Assembly (NCBI GenBank): GCA_965227775.1
Contig: OZ245777.1
Span: 2,176,001-2,240,000, forward strand
DNA length: 64,000 bases
DNA from: Phycisphaerales bacterium
GTDB lineage: Bacteria > Planctomycetota > Phycisphaerae > Phycisphaerales > UBA1924
Direction: 5' to 3'
The translations under genes and the position numbers were made by a program. This document shows positions 37,103 to 46,362 of this stretch, one piece after another; position 1 is the stretch's first letter, and each line of letters opens with the position of its first letter. The notes beneath the pieces were generated by a model. It worked only from the letters and a program-made list of their open reading frames with translations. It searched no databases and had not been told where the DNA came from.

Positions 37103-38527
37103 CTATCGCAAGGGCCGTTGATCTTCATCGATGTGGCTTGGTGCTCTTGGAGATATGTGGACTACAACGCCATCGATGTTGAGAGCAAGGCGGCCTTCCG
37201 GATCACGGTTGTAGTCGGCTGCGCTGCCACGAGTGTACAGCCCGGCCCCCATTTCCCCAGGAACGGTAACGCGGATTGGTGGAGCGGCCCGCTCGGCCCT
37301 GAACACCGCGGTCTCTGCTCCGACCGTTAGCGAACCCACCTCAAGGATGGAAACGACTCCGCCCACGGTTAGCCGCGCTTCCGCCGTTTCGCCGGGTTCA
37401 AGCGTCACAGACCGTGTTCCGACGAGGATGGTGGCGGTTTCCTGGCTTCCGTTGAATAGTGCAACATCTTCGCCGAAAACTGTCGCCTGTGCGCCGGACC
37501 CCATGGTGATCGTGGGGTCTGTGGAGATTGCCTCAATCACACTACGCAAGGAGCGCACCGCCGACGCCATGCTGGCGTAGTCCAGCGACTCTGCAGTGTC
37601 TGCCGGACCGTGATAATTCGGGTTTCGAAACTCGGCGGTGTCGGTGAGCATGACTGCAGGCACGCCGATCTGCAAGTATGCGTAGTGGTCCGAGCGAACC
37701 GTCGTTGGTTCGCCCACTGGCGTAAGCACCGACACGACGTCAACGGGCCCTCGCCATGACTCTGAGATCCGCTCTGCGAGCCCCGACGCCGTACTCCAGC
37801 TTGCGACGGCAAGAAATCGGTTATTGCGTGGCAGGGACACTCCGAGTTGTCCAGCGAAAGCTCTGGCCGTTCGGGATGGTGGACTATCGTTGTAATAGCC
37901 GATCATCTCCAGGATGATCGCGCCCACAACGTCGTCGCCAGCATCGACGGAAGCCTGGGCACGCCGTGCACTCCCTCGCTGATTGAGATCGCCGAATAGC
38001 GTCTCCTCGTTCGCGTAGAGCTCGAAACGCAGCCCGATCCGTTGTGGTCGTGTACGAAACCAGTCAGCGAGGGCCAGGACCCCGGCGACGCCTGATGCGT
38101 TGTCGTCTGCTCCGGGCGTGTTTTCTACGGTGTCAAAGTGTGCGCCAATGACGAGCCAGCGGTCATTGCTCTCAATTGCTGGAACCTCGACAACGAGGTT
38201 GCGGACTGGCACTGATGGTCCACTACTGTGACTCAGCTCAAATGCATCGCTTAGAACGTCATGACCCATAGAAGTCAGACGTGACTCCAGCCAAGTTGCC
38301 GCCGCTTCGAGAACTTCCGGCGATCGCACGCTTCGAGAAGCAAAGTCACTGGCAAGAGTTTCTACACTCTCCCGCAAATCACTCTCCAGGCTTGCCTCCC
38401 ACTCTGCCAATTCTGGACTCGTGGTCGACCGCCTCTGGCTGGTAGCACACCCCGTGAGCGCCAGAGCTAAGAGGCCGAGCATGATCGACGAACACAAGCC
38501 ATGTCTCTTTAGAGTCCCTCGTGGCAT
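37103..38527 (-). CDS. M28-family peptidase lipoprotein with extra C-terminal domain
   Basis: Lipobox LTGC; GAHFDT, PGADDNASG, ANEE, LEMIG, RSDH, NYH. Confidence 0.9.
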   Translation of the reverse strand: MPRGTLKRHGLCSSIMLGLLALALTGCATSQRRSTTSPELAEWEASLESDLRESVETLASDFASRSVRSPEVLEAAATWLESRLTSMGHDVLSDAFELSHSSGPSVPVRNLVVEVPAIESNDRWLVIGAHFDTVENTPGADDNASGVAGVLALADWFRTRPQRIGLRFELYANEETLFGDLNQRGSARRAQASVDAGDDVVGAIILEMIGYYNDSPPSRTARAFAGQLGVSLPRNNRFLAVASWSTASGLAERISESWRGPVDVVSVLTPVGEPTTVRSDHYAYLQIGVPAVMLTDTAEFRNPNYHGPADTAESLDYASMASAVRSLRSVIEAISTDPTITMGSGAQATVFGEDVALFNGSQETATILVGTRSVTLEPGETAEARLTVGGVVSILEVGSLTVGAETAVFRAERAAPPIRVTVPGEMGAGLYTRGSAADYNRDPEGRLALNIDGVVVHISPRAPSHIDEDQRPLR

Positions 38528-38955
38528 GCTCTACTCCTTAGTCGTCACCCGTCAAGCGGCAATGCTACGTCCATACGCCCGCGGAGAGATTGCGACACGT
38601 CGGCGTTGAGTGATCCCGTCGAGAAACCTGCCGCCCACCCCAGGGACCAAACCGATCTGAGGCCAAGTACCCTGCGCATGAGGCGACCCACTTCGACCAC
38701 ATGGCCAAATCGGGAGTCTGCAAGTTCGGTCGGTTACCCCTTGTGATCAGAACTCTTCGGCCCTGCGAAAGTCGAGGTTGTCCAAGTGCTCAGGTACATG
38801 CCTCACGGTACACGGACTAATGCGGCGTCCTGTGATAGTCGTTAGACCTGATTTTGGGGTCGCCGGCTTGCTGAGCCCAAAATCGCAGATGACTCCTTGG
38901 CAAACCGGTGCAACCACGCTGCCTTTCGCTTGTATCCCGATGGGAGGCACTACTC

Positions 38956-41502
38956 ATGATCCGCCAGATGCTCCGATTTGCGTTGTGTGTTGTGATTGGC
39001 GTCGCTGTGACACGGGGGGCTCTTGGTCAGGCGTGCGATGCCGAGTGGACCCCCGAGCTCTTCACGCTCGAAGGTCTCGACGAGCGCGTGACATGCTGGG
39101 CAACCTGGGACGACGGGACCGGAGAACGCCTCTATGCGGGCGGCTGGTTCCGCAAGGCCGGATCGGGATTCGCGAGCTACGTCGCGAGCTGGGATGGCAC
39201 GCGCTGGCATCCCGTTGGAGAGTCCGGCCTGAGGGGCCCCGGGGTCGACCGTATCGTCCATGCCATGGCGGTGTTTGACGATGGCTCGGGCCCGGCCCTG
39301 TACGTGGGCGGTGGCTTCAACTTCGCCGGCTCTGCTCGAGCGGAGAACATCGCGCGTTGGGATGGTGAACGCTGGTCAGCGCTCGTCGGACCGGGCGGCG
39401 AAGGTCTCGACGGCGATGTGTACGCCTTGGCGGTACACAACGATGGGACGGGGCCGGCCTTGTACGCGGGCGGCACGTTCAGACAGGCCGACGGCGTCGA
39501 GGTGAACAACATCGCGCGTTGGGATGGCCATAGATGGACGCCATTGGGGTCGGGGAGCTTGGCCGGGACGACGAGCCAGGTCCTCGCGATCGAGTCGTTC
39601 GGCGGTGACCTCTACATTGGTGGCGCTTTTGCCGAGGCTGGCGGCGTGTTCGTCAACCAGATCGCCCGCTGGGACGGCGCTCGGTGGTCGGCCCTGCCCG
39701 GCCAGGTTGGTGGCGGGGGCACCCAGGTCGGCCTGAATTCACGTGTGAATGGCCTGGCAGTCTTCGATGACGGGCGTGGCCAGGCGCTCTACGCGGTGGG
39801 GCGCTTCGATCGCGTCGAAGGTGGGCCCGACGCTCGGAGTGTCGCTCGATGGGATGGAACTCGGTGGGAAGCCGTGGGTGCCGATGGCAGCATCTCTGGT
39901 GCCATCCAGACCGCACGCGTGTTCGATGATGGCACGGGCCCGGCCCTCTATGTCGGCGGATCCGAGATCATGGTTGCGAGCGAGTTCCGGGTCATGGGCC
40001 GGTGGGACGGCAATGCATGGTCGGTGGTTCGCGGAATCGATGGCAATGACATCGACCGGACCGTTTACGCCCTTGGTGAGTACGACGATGGCTCGGGTTC
40101 GGCCCTATACGCTGGGGGCGACTTCCAGCGCGTCGCCGACACCCGTGCGCTGTTTGCGGCACGGTGGTCCGCTGTCGATGGCTGGGGTGAGCTGTCGCCT
40201 CCGACCGGCCTGGGCTACCTATTTGATGTGACTAAGCTGTTCGTATTCGACGACGGCGACGGTGAGGCGCTGTATGCGTCGAGCCGCACGATAGACCCAG
40301 AAGGACTGTTTGCCAGCCCGATCTCGCGTTGGACGGGCGCTGGCTGGGAAGAGCTTTCGAGCGATGACGGACTGCGAAACCTCTCGCCCGCGGCGTTGAC
40401 CGTCTTTGACGACGGCTTGCGAGTGAGCTTGTACGCGGGCGGTGACTTCCGAGACCCGTCCGTTCCTGGCCGTGGTGGTCGGCTGGCGCGATGGACCGGA
40501 GAGCGGTGGATCCCCATGATCGGCCCGGGCGGAGACGGCCTGAGCTCCGGAACAGTCCTTGCTGCAGATACCTACAACGATGGCGCTGGTGACGCGATCT
40601 ACATAGGCGGGACCTTTCTCGAGGCTGATGACCAAGAAGTCAACCGTATCGCGCGATGGGACGGCACCGCGTATTCCGGCCTCGGCGATCCTGACAACAT
40701 GGGCGTCAATGATCGTGTTCTTGCCCTGGCGGTGTGGGACGACGGAAGCGGCGAAGCGTTGTACGTGGGCGGCGAGTTTACGCTCGCCGGCCTAGACCCA
40801 GTCTCCGGCGTCGCGAGATGGGACGGCCAAAACTGGTCTGCCTTGGCCGGCCCCGGAGGTGAAGGCGTCGACGGCTCGGTGCATGCGTTTGCGATACACG
40901 ACGATGGCACCGGTGCGGCCTTGTATGTCGGCGGCGAATTCGAGAGCGCAGGCGGCGTTCTCGCCAACAACATTGCACGTTGGGACGGGTCCCGTTGGTC
41001 TGCGATCGAAGTGACGATCGGTACTGTGGTCGAGGTAGGCGTGAACGGTACGGTGCACGCGTTATTGTCTCGAATTGACGATGGCGAGCCCGGGCTCTAC
41101 GTGGGAGGTCGGTTCACTATGGCAGGCCCCCTGCCGGCGCAATTTGTCGCGCGACTTGGTGATGGCCCATCGTGGCGAAGACTGAGCGGCCCCGACGGAG
41201 ACGGTACAGATCAGCGGGTCGAATCGCTCGCGACTGTCAACGAAGCCACCGGTGCCGCTCTCTACGCGGGAGGCCCGTTTATCTCTGCCGGCGGCGTTCT
41301 CTCACAGTCCATCGCGCGATGGGGATGCCAAGGCTGCCAAGCCGACTTCGATGGTGACGGCTCACTGACCATCTTCGATTTCCTCGCATTTCAGACCGCC
41401 TTCGACGCGATGGACGCGCGTGCCGACTTCGACCACGATGGTCGATTCACGATCTTCGACTTCCTCGCGTTTCAAACGGCGTTCGGTGCAGGTTGCCCTT
41501 AG
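38956..41502 (+). CDS. Secreted beta-propeller repeat protein with GC-type dockerin tail
   Basis: Many DDGxGxALYxGGxF..IARWDG repeats; C-terminal CQADFDGDGSLTIFDFLAFQTAF..GAGCP. Confidence 0.9.
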   Translation: MIRQMLRFALCVVIGVAVTRGALGQACDAEWTPELFTLEGLDERVTCWATWDDGTGERLYAGGWFRKAGSGFASYVASWDGTRWHPVGESGLRGPGVDRIVHAMAVFDDGSGPALYVGGGFNFAGSARAENIARWDGERWSALVGPGGEGLDGDVYALAVHNDGTGPALYAGGTFRQADGVEVNNIARWDGHRWTPLGSGSLAGTTSQVLAIESFGGDLYIGGAFAEAGGVFVNQIARWDGARWSALPGQVGGGGTQVGLNSRVNGLAVFDDGRGQALYAVGRFDRVEGGPDARSVARWDGTRWEAVGADGSISGAIQTARVFDDGTGPALYVGGSEIMVASEFRVMGRWDGNAWSVVRGIDGNDIDRTVYALGEYDDGSGSALYAGGDFQRVADTRALFAARWSAVDGWGELSPPTGLGYLFDVTKLFVFDDGDGEALYASSRTIDPEGLFASPISRWTGAGWEELSSDDGLRNLSPAALTVFDDGLRVSLYAGGDFRDPSVPGRGGRLARWTGERWIPMIGPGGDGLSSGTVLAADTYNDGAGDAIYIGGTFLEADDQEVNRIARWDGTAYSGLGDPDNMGVNDRVLALAVWDDGSGEALYVGGEFTLAGLDPVSGVARWDGQNWSALAGPGGEGVDGSVHAFAIHDDGTGAALYVGGEFESAGGVLANNIARWDGSRWSAIEVTIGTVVEVGVNGTVHALLSRIDDGEPGLYVGGRFTMAGPLPAQFVARLGDGPSWRRLSGPDGDGTDQRVESLATVNEATGAALYAGGPFISAGGVLSQSIARWGCQGCQADFDGDGSLTIFDFLAFQTAFDAMDARADFDHDGRFTIFDFLAFQTAFGAGCP

Positions 41503-41827
41503 CTGGGCACCGAATTCAAACACCGCATGGAGCATGTTTGGAAGTCGTTGTTTGGGGCATTGCTCGAAAGAGTCAACCTCCTGCACTTGCTTACAAATAC
41601 TTAACGTTTGGCGGTCAATTTTGACGACCGGAAGCTCACCCATCTGCGTGAACGCTCTTTGTAGTCCCGAGCGTGCTGGAGATCCCTCGAGAAGACGCGC
41701 CATCTCCGGGACAGAAAAACTTTGTCCCTAGGCCACTGAGTTGGGCTATCCGGTCACGACGGACCTGACAGATGAAGTGCCCAGTGGGACGGCGTAGCAA
41801 CGCTGACCAACGCAGCAGAGAGTCGAC

Positions 41828-41882
41828 TGGAACTCACCCCGAGGTTTGAAAACGCCCGTCTTGGGAACTCACTTGGAACTCA
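41828..41882. repeat. GGAACTCA direct repeats (putative integrase arm sites)
   Basis: TGGAACTCAC 41828, GGGAACTCAC 41863, TTGGAACTCA 41873; 64-118 bp from the tRNA 3' end. Confidence 0.55.
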
Positions 41883-41945
41883 GGGCGGGCGCAAGCTATG
41901 GGAATCGGCCCTCACAGGCTCACAAGGCCGCTCGCTCGCCGAAAG

Positions 41946-42032
41946 CGGAGAGGGGGGGATTCGAACCCCCGATGACCCGAAGGCCATACCGGATTTCGAA
42001 TCCGGCGCGTTCAACCGCTCCGCCACCTCTCC
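41946..42032 (-). tRNA. tRNA-Ser(CGA)
   Basis: GGAGAGG..CCTCTCC acceptor stem; CCGGA-TTCGAAA-TCCGG anticodon arm; long variable arm; GGTTCGAATCC T-loop; CCA not encoded. Confidence 0.97.
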
Positions 42033-42105
42033 GGGATGGGGAGGCAATCTGTAGGCCGCCGGGTCGACGTTGGCGAGCCGGACGCGTGCCAACAATCCGC
42101 TTCTA

Positions 42106-42696
42106 ATGACCAAAGCCGCAGACGTCAGCAAGGCTCACGATCGCACGCTCTCGCGGGCTCAGCTCTGGGGGCTGGGCGTCCCAGGCTTTGCGCTTCTGAC
42201 GGCTGGCGGTGCGTATGTGAGCGTGCCGCTGCCGCCCGATGGCGTGCCGATGACGCTGCAGACGCTATTTGTCGTGTTGGCGGCGCTGTGCCTCGGCCCG
42301 AGGGCTGGGGCGATGAGCATGCTGCTGTATATCGCGGCGGGCGTTGTGGGTGTGCCGTTGTTTGCCGAGGAATCGGTGGGGTTGGCCGTCATCCTGGGAC
42401 AGACCGGTGGGTACATCGTGGGCTTCGTGGCCTGCCAGCCCATCGTGGGCATGATCGTGCGTCGGCCCGATGGATTGCCGAGGGGCTGGCTGGCCATCAT
42501 CACAGCGGTGCTGGCAGCCCACGCCGTCATCTTCGCCATCGGCGTGCCGTGGCTGGCCATCGTTCGAGGCTTCACGCTCGAGCGGGCCATCGAGGGGGGC
42601 ATGTTGCCCTTCCTGCCCGGGATGGTTGTCAAGAGCGTGATCGCCGTGCTGATCGGGCTCGCAGCCGCGCCATGGTGCGTGCGAAGAGTGTGGTAG
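42106..42696 (+). CDS. bioY: Biotin transporter BioY
   Basis: VPMTLQTL..LGPRAG..GVPLFA..GQTGGYIVGF..PFLPG. Confidence 0.92.
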   Translation: MTKAADVSKAHDRTLSRAQLWGLGVPGFALLTAGGAYVSVPLPPDGVPMTLQTLFVVLAALCLGPRAGAMSMLLYIAAGVVGVPLFAEESVGLAVILGQTGGYIVGFVACQPIVGMIVRRPDGLPRGWLAIITAVLAAHAVIFAIGVPWLAIVRGFTLERAIEGGMLPFLPGMVVKSVIAVLIGLAAAPWCVRRVW

Positions 42697-42713
42697 ATTT
42701 TCTTTGACTTGGT

Positions 42714-42740
42714 TGTCGATTTCGGCCGTGCCTGTTCGTC
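42714..42740 (+). promoter_or_regulatory. ECF42-type promoter
   Basis: TGTCGA-N17-CGTC upstream of the DGPF gene, matching the described ECF42 motif TGTCGA / CG(A/T)C. Confidence 0.7.
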
Positions 42741-42801
42741 TACCTGATGAACCCAGCGGCCGCACCTCCCCAGCGGCCGCGCTACCCGCAAGGAGATCGT
42801 C

Positions 42802-43152
42802 ATGCCGAAGTTTTTGCTCATGCTGTTCGATAACCCCGCCGACTACGCCGACGTGTCGCCCGAGCAGATGCAACAGGTCGTACAGGAGTACGGTGCCTGG
42901 GCACAGCAACTAGGCCAGGCTGGCAAGCTTGCCGGCGGTGAGAAGCTGGCTGATGAGGGCGGCAAGGTCCTCACCCGCAACGACACGGGCGTCACCGTGA
43001 CCGATGGCCCCTTTGCCGAGAGCAAGGAGGTGCTGGGCGGGTTCTTCATCGTCAATGCCGAGTCGTACGACGAGGCTGTCGAGATCGCTCGCAGCAGCCC
43101 GCACGCCAAGTACGGCTGCGCTACGCATGTCCGCCAGATCGATGCCGTCTGA
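42802..43152 (+). CDS. YciI/DGPF-family protein
   Basis: VTDGPFAESKEVLGGFFIV. Confidence 0.9.
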   Translation: MPKFLLMLFDNPADYADVSPEQMQQVVQEYGAWAQQLGQAGKLAGGEKLADEGGKVLTRNDTGVTVTDGPFAESKEVLGGFFIVNAESYDEAVEIARSSPHAKYGCATHVRQIDAV

Positions 43153-44386
43153 ACGGGGCGCCGTCTTTGAACTCGTCGACCACCTGTTCCGGCACGAGTC
43201 GGGCAGGTTGTCGGCGTCGCTCGTGGCGATCTTCGGGCCGGGTAAGCTCGATCTGATCGAAGATGTCGTCCAAGAAGCGTTGCTGGAGGCATTGCGCCGC
43301 TGGCGCTTCAAGGGCGTGCCCGACAACCCGACGGCATGGCTCACGCAGGTTGCACGACGCCGCGCGCTCGATGCCCTGCGACGAGATGCCACGCTGCGTC
43401 GACACGAGCCAGAGTTGCGTGCGTGGATCGAGCGAAACGCGTACGCCAGGGCATACGGCGAGTTGGACGAACAGGTCCGGCTCATGCTCATGTGCTGCCA
43501 CCCTGCTTTGCCGGCCGAGCAGCGCGTGGCGCTCACTCTCAAGCTGGTTGCCGGTATGGGTACGGGAGAGATCGCCCGGGCGTTCCTCATAACCGAGTCT
43601 GCGGCGGCCCAGCGGCTCGTGCGCGCCAAGAGGGCGATCCGCGACAGTGGGGCTTCGATGGACATGCCCGAAGCCGACGAGCTCGGACCTCGAATGCACA
43701 GCATGCTGGAGACGGTGTACCTGCTCTTCAACGAGGGCTACTCGGCGGGGGAGGGCGATCACGTCATCCAGCGTGACCGGTTTGAGGAAGCCTGCCGTCT
43801 AGGTGCGATGCTCGTTCGCGACGAGCGTACGGCCAGCCCAGCAGCGCACGCGCTGCTCGCGCTCATGCTCTTTCATGCGTCGCGCTTGGAGACGAGGAGC
43901 GACGCGGACGGCGCCTTGCTGCTGCTGGAGGACCAGGACCGATCAGTGTGGGATCGTGACCTGATCGTCCGCGGCTTCCACCACCTGCAACGGGCGGCCA
44001 GTGGCGACGAATTGACGGCGTACCACCTCGAGGCCGGCATCGCCGCCGTGCATGCGCGATCGGCGAGCTTTGAGGAGACGAACTGGCGTGAGATCGTCTC
44101 ACTCTACGACCTGCTGCGCGAGATCAAGCCCGGGCCAGTGGTGGGGCTGAATCGCGCTGTTGCGATTGCGATGGATCGTGGGATGGATGCAGGTCTAGCA
44201 GAGCTCGACGCGATCGGCCCGCTCGATCGTTACGCCCATTCGGGCATAGTGCGCGGCGAACTCCTCAGGCGTGCGGGACGCCCGGGTGAGGCACGCGCGT
44301 GCTTCGAGCGGGCACTCACGCTGCCGTGCTCGAAGCCGCAGCAGGTGTTCGTGCGGTCGCGGCTATCGATCCTGCCGGCGACCTAG
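43142..44386 (+). CDS. ECF sigma factor with C-terminal TPR-like extension (ECF42-type)
   Basis: EDVVQEA..W..GVPDNPTAWL, CCHPAL..RVALTL, YLLFNEGY, LLLEDQDRSVWD; coupled to the DGPF gene. Confidence 0.9.
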   Translation: MPSERGAVFELVDHLFRHESGRLSASLVAIFGPGKLDLIEDVVQEALLEALRRWRFKGVPDNPTAWLTQVARRRALDALRRDATLRRHEPELRAWIERNAYARAYGELDEQVRLMLMCCHPALPAEQRVALTLKLVAGMGTGEIARAFLITESAAAQRLVRAKRAIRDSGASMDMPEADELGPRMHSMLETVYLLFNEGYSAGEGDHVIQRDRFEEACRLGAMLVRDERTASPAAHALLALMLFHASRLETRSDADGALLLLEDQDRSVWDRDLIVRGFHHLQRAASGDELTAYHLEAGIAAVHARSASFEETNWREIVSLYDLLREIKPGPVVGLNRAVAIAMDRGMDAGLAELDAIGPLDRYAHSGIVRGELLRRAGRPGEARACFERALTLPCSKPQQVFVRSRLSILPAT

Positions 44387-45546
44387 CGGCGGTACGCGGT
44401 GGCCACCTTCGCTACGGCCTCGCCGATGCGATCGATCGTGGCACCGTCAAGCTCGTGGTGCATGGGCAGGCAAAAGACCTTGCTCGCCAATGCCTCGGCC
44501 ACGGGGGGGTGATCGCTCACGTAGTCCTTGAACGCGGGCTGGTGCGTCAGCGACCGCGGGTAGTGCACGGCCGTCGGCACGCCCTCGGCGCCGAGCGCCT
44601 TAGTGAACGTGTCGCGGTCGCAGGTGAACTGATCGAGGTCGAGCTTGGCGGTATACAGGTGCCAGGCCGAGTCGGCGCCCTTGGTGCGGCCGGGCGGCAG
44701 GATGCCGTCAATGCCGCCCAGCACCTTGTCGTAGTGGTCGGCGGCGCTGCGGCGAGCGTTGGTCTCGTCAAGCAAACGGTTGAGGCGCGAGCAGCCGATG
44801 GCGCCGGTGATGTCGTTCATGCGATAGTTGAAGCCGATGCGCTCGTGCAGGTACTTGTCGGTCTCGCCGTGGCTGCGAAGGAGCGCGACGTCATGGCCGA
44901 GCGTGTCGTCGTTGACGGTGATCATGCCGCCCTCGCCCGTGCCCAGGTTCTTGGTGGCGTAGAACGAGTAGGTGCAGGCGTCTCCGAACGTCCCGATGCC
45001 TTCGCCATCGACGGTCGACAAGTGCGCCTGCGCACAGTCGTAGACGACCTTGAGGTTGTTGGCCTTGGCGAGCTCGGCGATCGCGTGCACGTCGACGGGC
45101 ATGCCGTAGAGGTGCGTCGCGGCGATGCCCTTGGTCTGGCTGGTGACCTTCTTCGCCGCGTCGGCCACGTCGATCTGCATCGTGTCCTCGAGGCTGTCGA
45201 CCCAGACGGGCGTCATCCCCTCGGCCACCAGCATGCTCGCGGTGGCGATATACGTCCACGCGGGCACGAGCACCTCGTCGCCACGCTGGAACAGGCTGCG
45301 GTAGGCCAGCTGTAGCGCGCACGTGCCGTTGGCGCAGGTCAGGGCGTGCTTGGCGTGGCTGGCTTCGGCGAAGCGGGTCTCGAGCTCGCCGCACTTGCCC
45401 GCCGCACGCAGCATGCCGCTCTTCAAGACCTCGTGGGCTGCCTCGACGTCCTGAGGCTGGAGCTGGGGACGCATGAAGGCGACCGGGGAATCGAAGGTGG
45501 CGGCGCCGCCTTCGAGTGCGAGCTTTGAGGCCGTGGCCTGGGTCAT
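44383..45546 (-). CDS. DegT/DnrJ/EryC1/StrS PLP-dependent aminotransferase
   Basis: ANGTCAL, HLYG, YDCAQAH, SFYATKNLGTGEGG, GFNYRM. Confidence 0.93.
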   Translation of the reverse strand: MTQATASKLALEGGAATFDSPVAFMRPQLQPQDVEAAHEVLKSGMLRAAGKCGELETRFAEASHAKHALTCANGTCALQLAYRSLFQRGDEVLVPAWTYIATASMLVAEGMTPVWVDSLEDTMQIDVADAAKKVTSQTKGIAATHLYGMPVDVHAIAELAKANNLKVVYDCAQAHLSTVDGEGIGTFGDACTYSFYATKNLGTGEGGMITVNDDTLGHDVALLRSHGETDKYLHERIGFNYRMNDITGAIGCSRLNRLLDETNARRSAADHYDKVLGGIDGILPPGRTKGADSAWHLYTAKLDLDQFTCDRDTFTKALGAEGVPTAVHYPRSLTHQPAFKDYVSDHPPVAEALASKVFCLPMHHELDGATIDRIGEAVAKVATAYRR

Positions 45547-45684
45547 CAGTCTCTCCATCGACCCCTCCAGCCCGGCGAACGCGGGTGTGCGGGCTCGTGC
45601 TTTAGGCGAATGGAAATGATAGGAACGCGGCCCCTTCCGGCCCAACGTCGTCTCTGCGTGTCCGGTTTCCCTACACTGGCCGCC

Positions 45685-46269
45685 ATGCCCCCCCACGACA
45701 CCCCCGACGAAGCCCACGCCGACTCCCACCCGGACTTCCAGGGCGACATCGAGCGCATCCTGATCGACCGCACGCGGATCGCCACGCGCGTCGCCGAGAT
45801 GGGCACCCAGATCGCCAGCGACCTGGAACTGACGACCGGGGCCGACCGCCTCGTCGTCGTGCCCGTGCTGACCGGGGCCCTGGTCTTCACCGCCGACCTC
45901 GTCCGCACCATGCCCATGCGCCTGCGGCTCGAGCTGATCGAGGCCTCCAGCTACCCCGGCAGGGCAACGACGAGCCAGGGCGTGACGCTCGGCTCGGGCC
46001 CGACCGATTCGTTGTCGGGCGCCCACGTGCTTATCGTCGACGACATCTTCGACAGCGGCCGCACCCTCGCCGCCGTTCGCGACCTCGTCGCGGCGACCAA
46101 TCCGGCGAGCGTCCGCACGGCCGTGCTGCTGCGGAAGGAAGTCGAGCGCGCCGTCGACATGACGCCCGACTACGTGGGCTTCGACGTGCCCGATGCGTTT
46201 GTTGTTGGGTACGGGCTCGATTACGACGGGTGGTATCGGAACCTGCCGAACATCGCGGTGCTGAGGTAG
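45685..46269 (+). CDS. hpt: Hypoxanthine phosphoribosyltransferase
   Basis: VLIVDDIFDSGRTL; FVVGYGLDY..YRNLP. Confidence 0.93.
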   Translation: MPPHDTPDEAHADSHPDFQGDIERILIDRTRIATRVAEMGTQIASDLELTTGADRLVVVPVLTGALVFTADLVRTMPMRLRLELIEASSYPGRATTSQGVTLGSGPTDSLSGAHVLIVDDIFDSGRTLAAVRDLVAATNPASVRTAVLLRKEVERAVDMTPDYVGFDVPDAFVVGYGLDYDGWYRNLPNIAVLR

Positions 46270-46362
46270 GCGTAGTTCCGCTCCGCAGGCCGACCGTGAC
46301 GCGGGGATTCACCCTTGCAACGCCGGCGATCTCTTGATAGTCTGAGCGCAGGAGGTCGCGCC

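Larger units (their letters stand above)
1..41945. mobile_element. Composite integrative mobilisable element / genomic island at the 3' end of tRNA-Ser(CGA); left boundary not seen
   Basis: Contains a MOBF relaxase, T4CP, two tyrosine integrase+xis modules, ArdC, a defence operon and strong GC mosaicism. Housekeeping genes resume right of the tRNA. No duplicated tRNA-Ser 3' end was found in the window. Confidence 0.7.
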
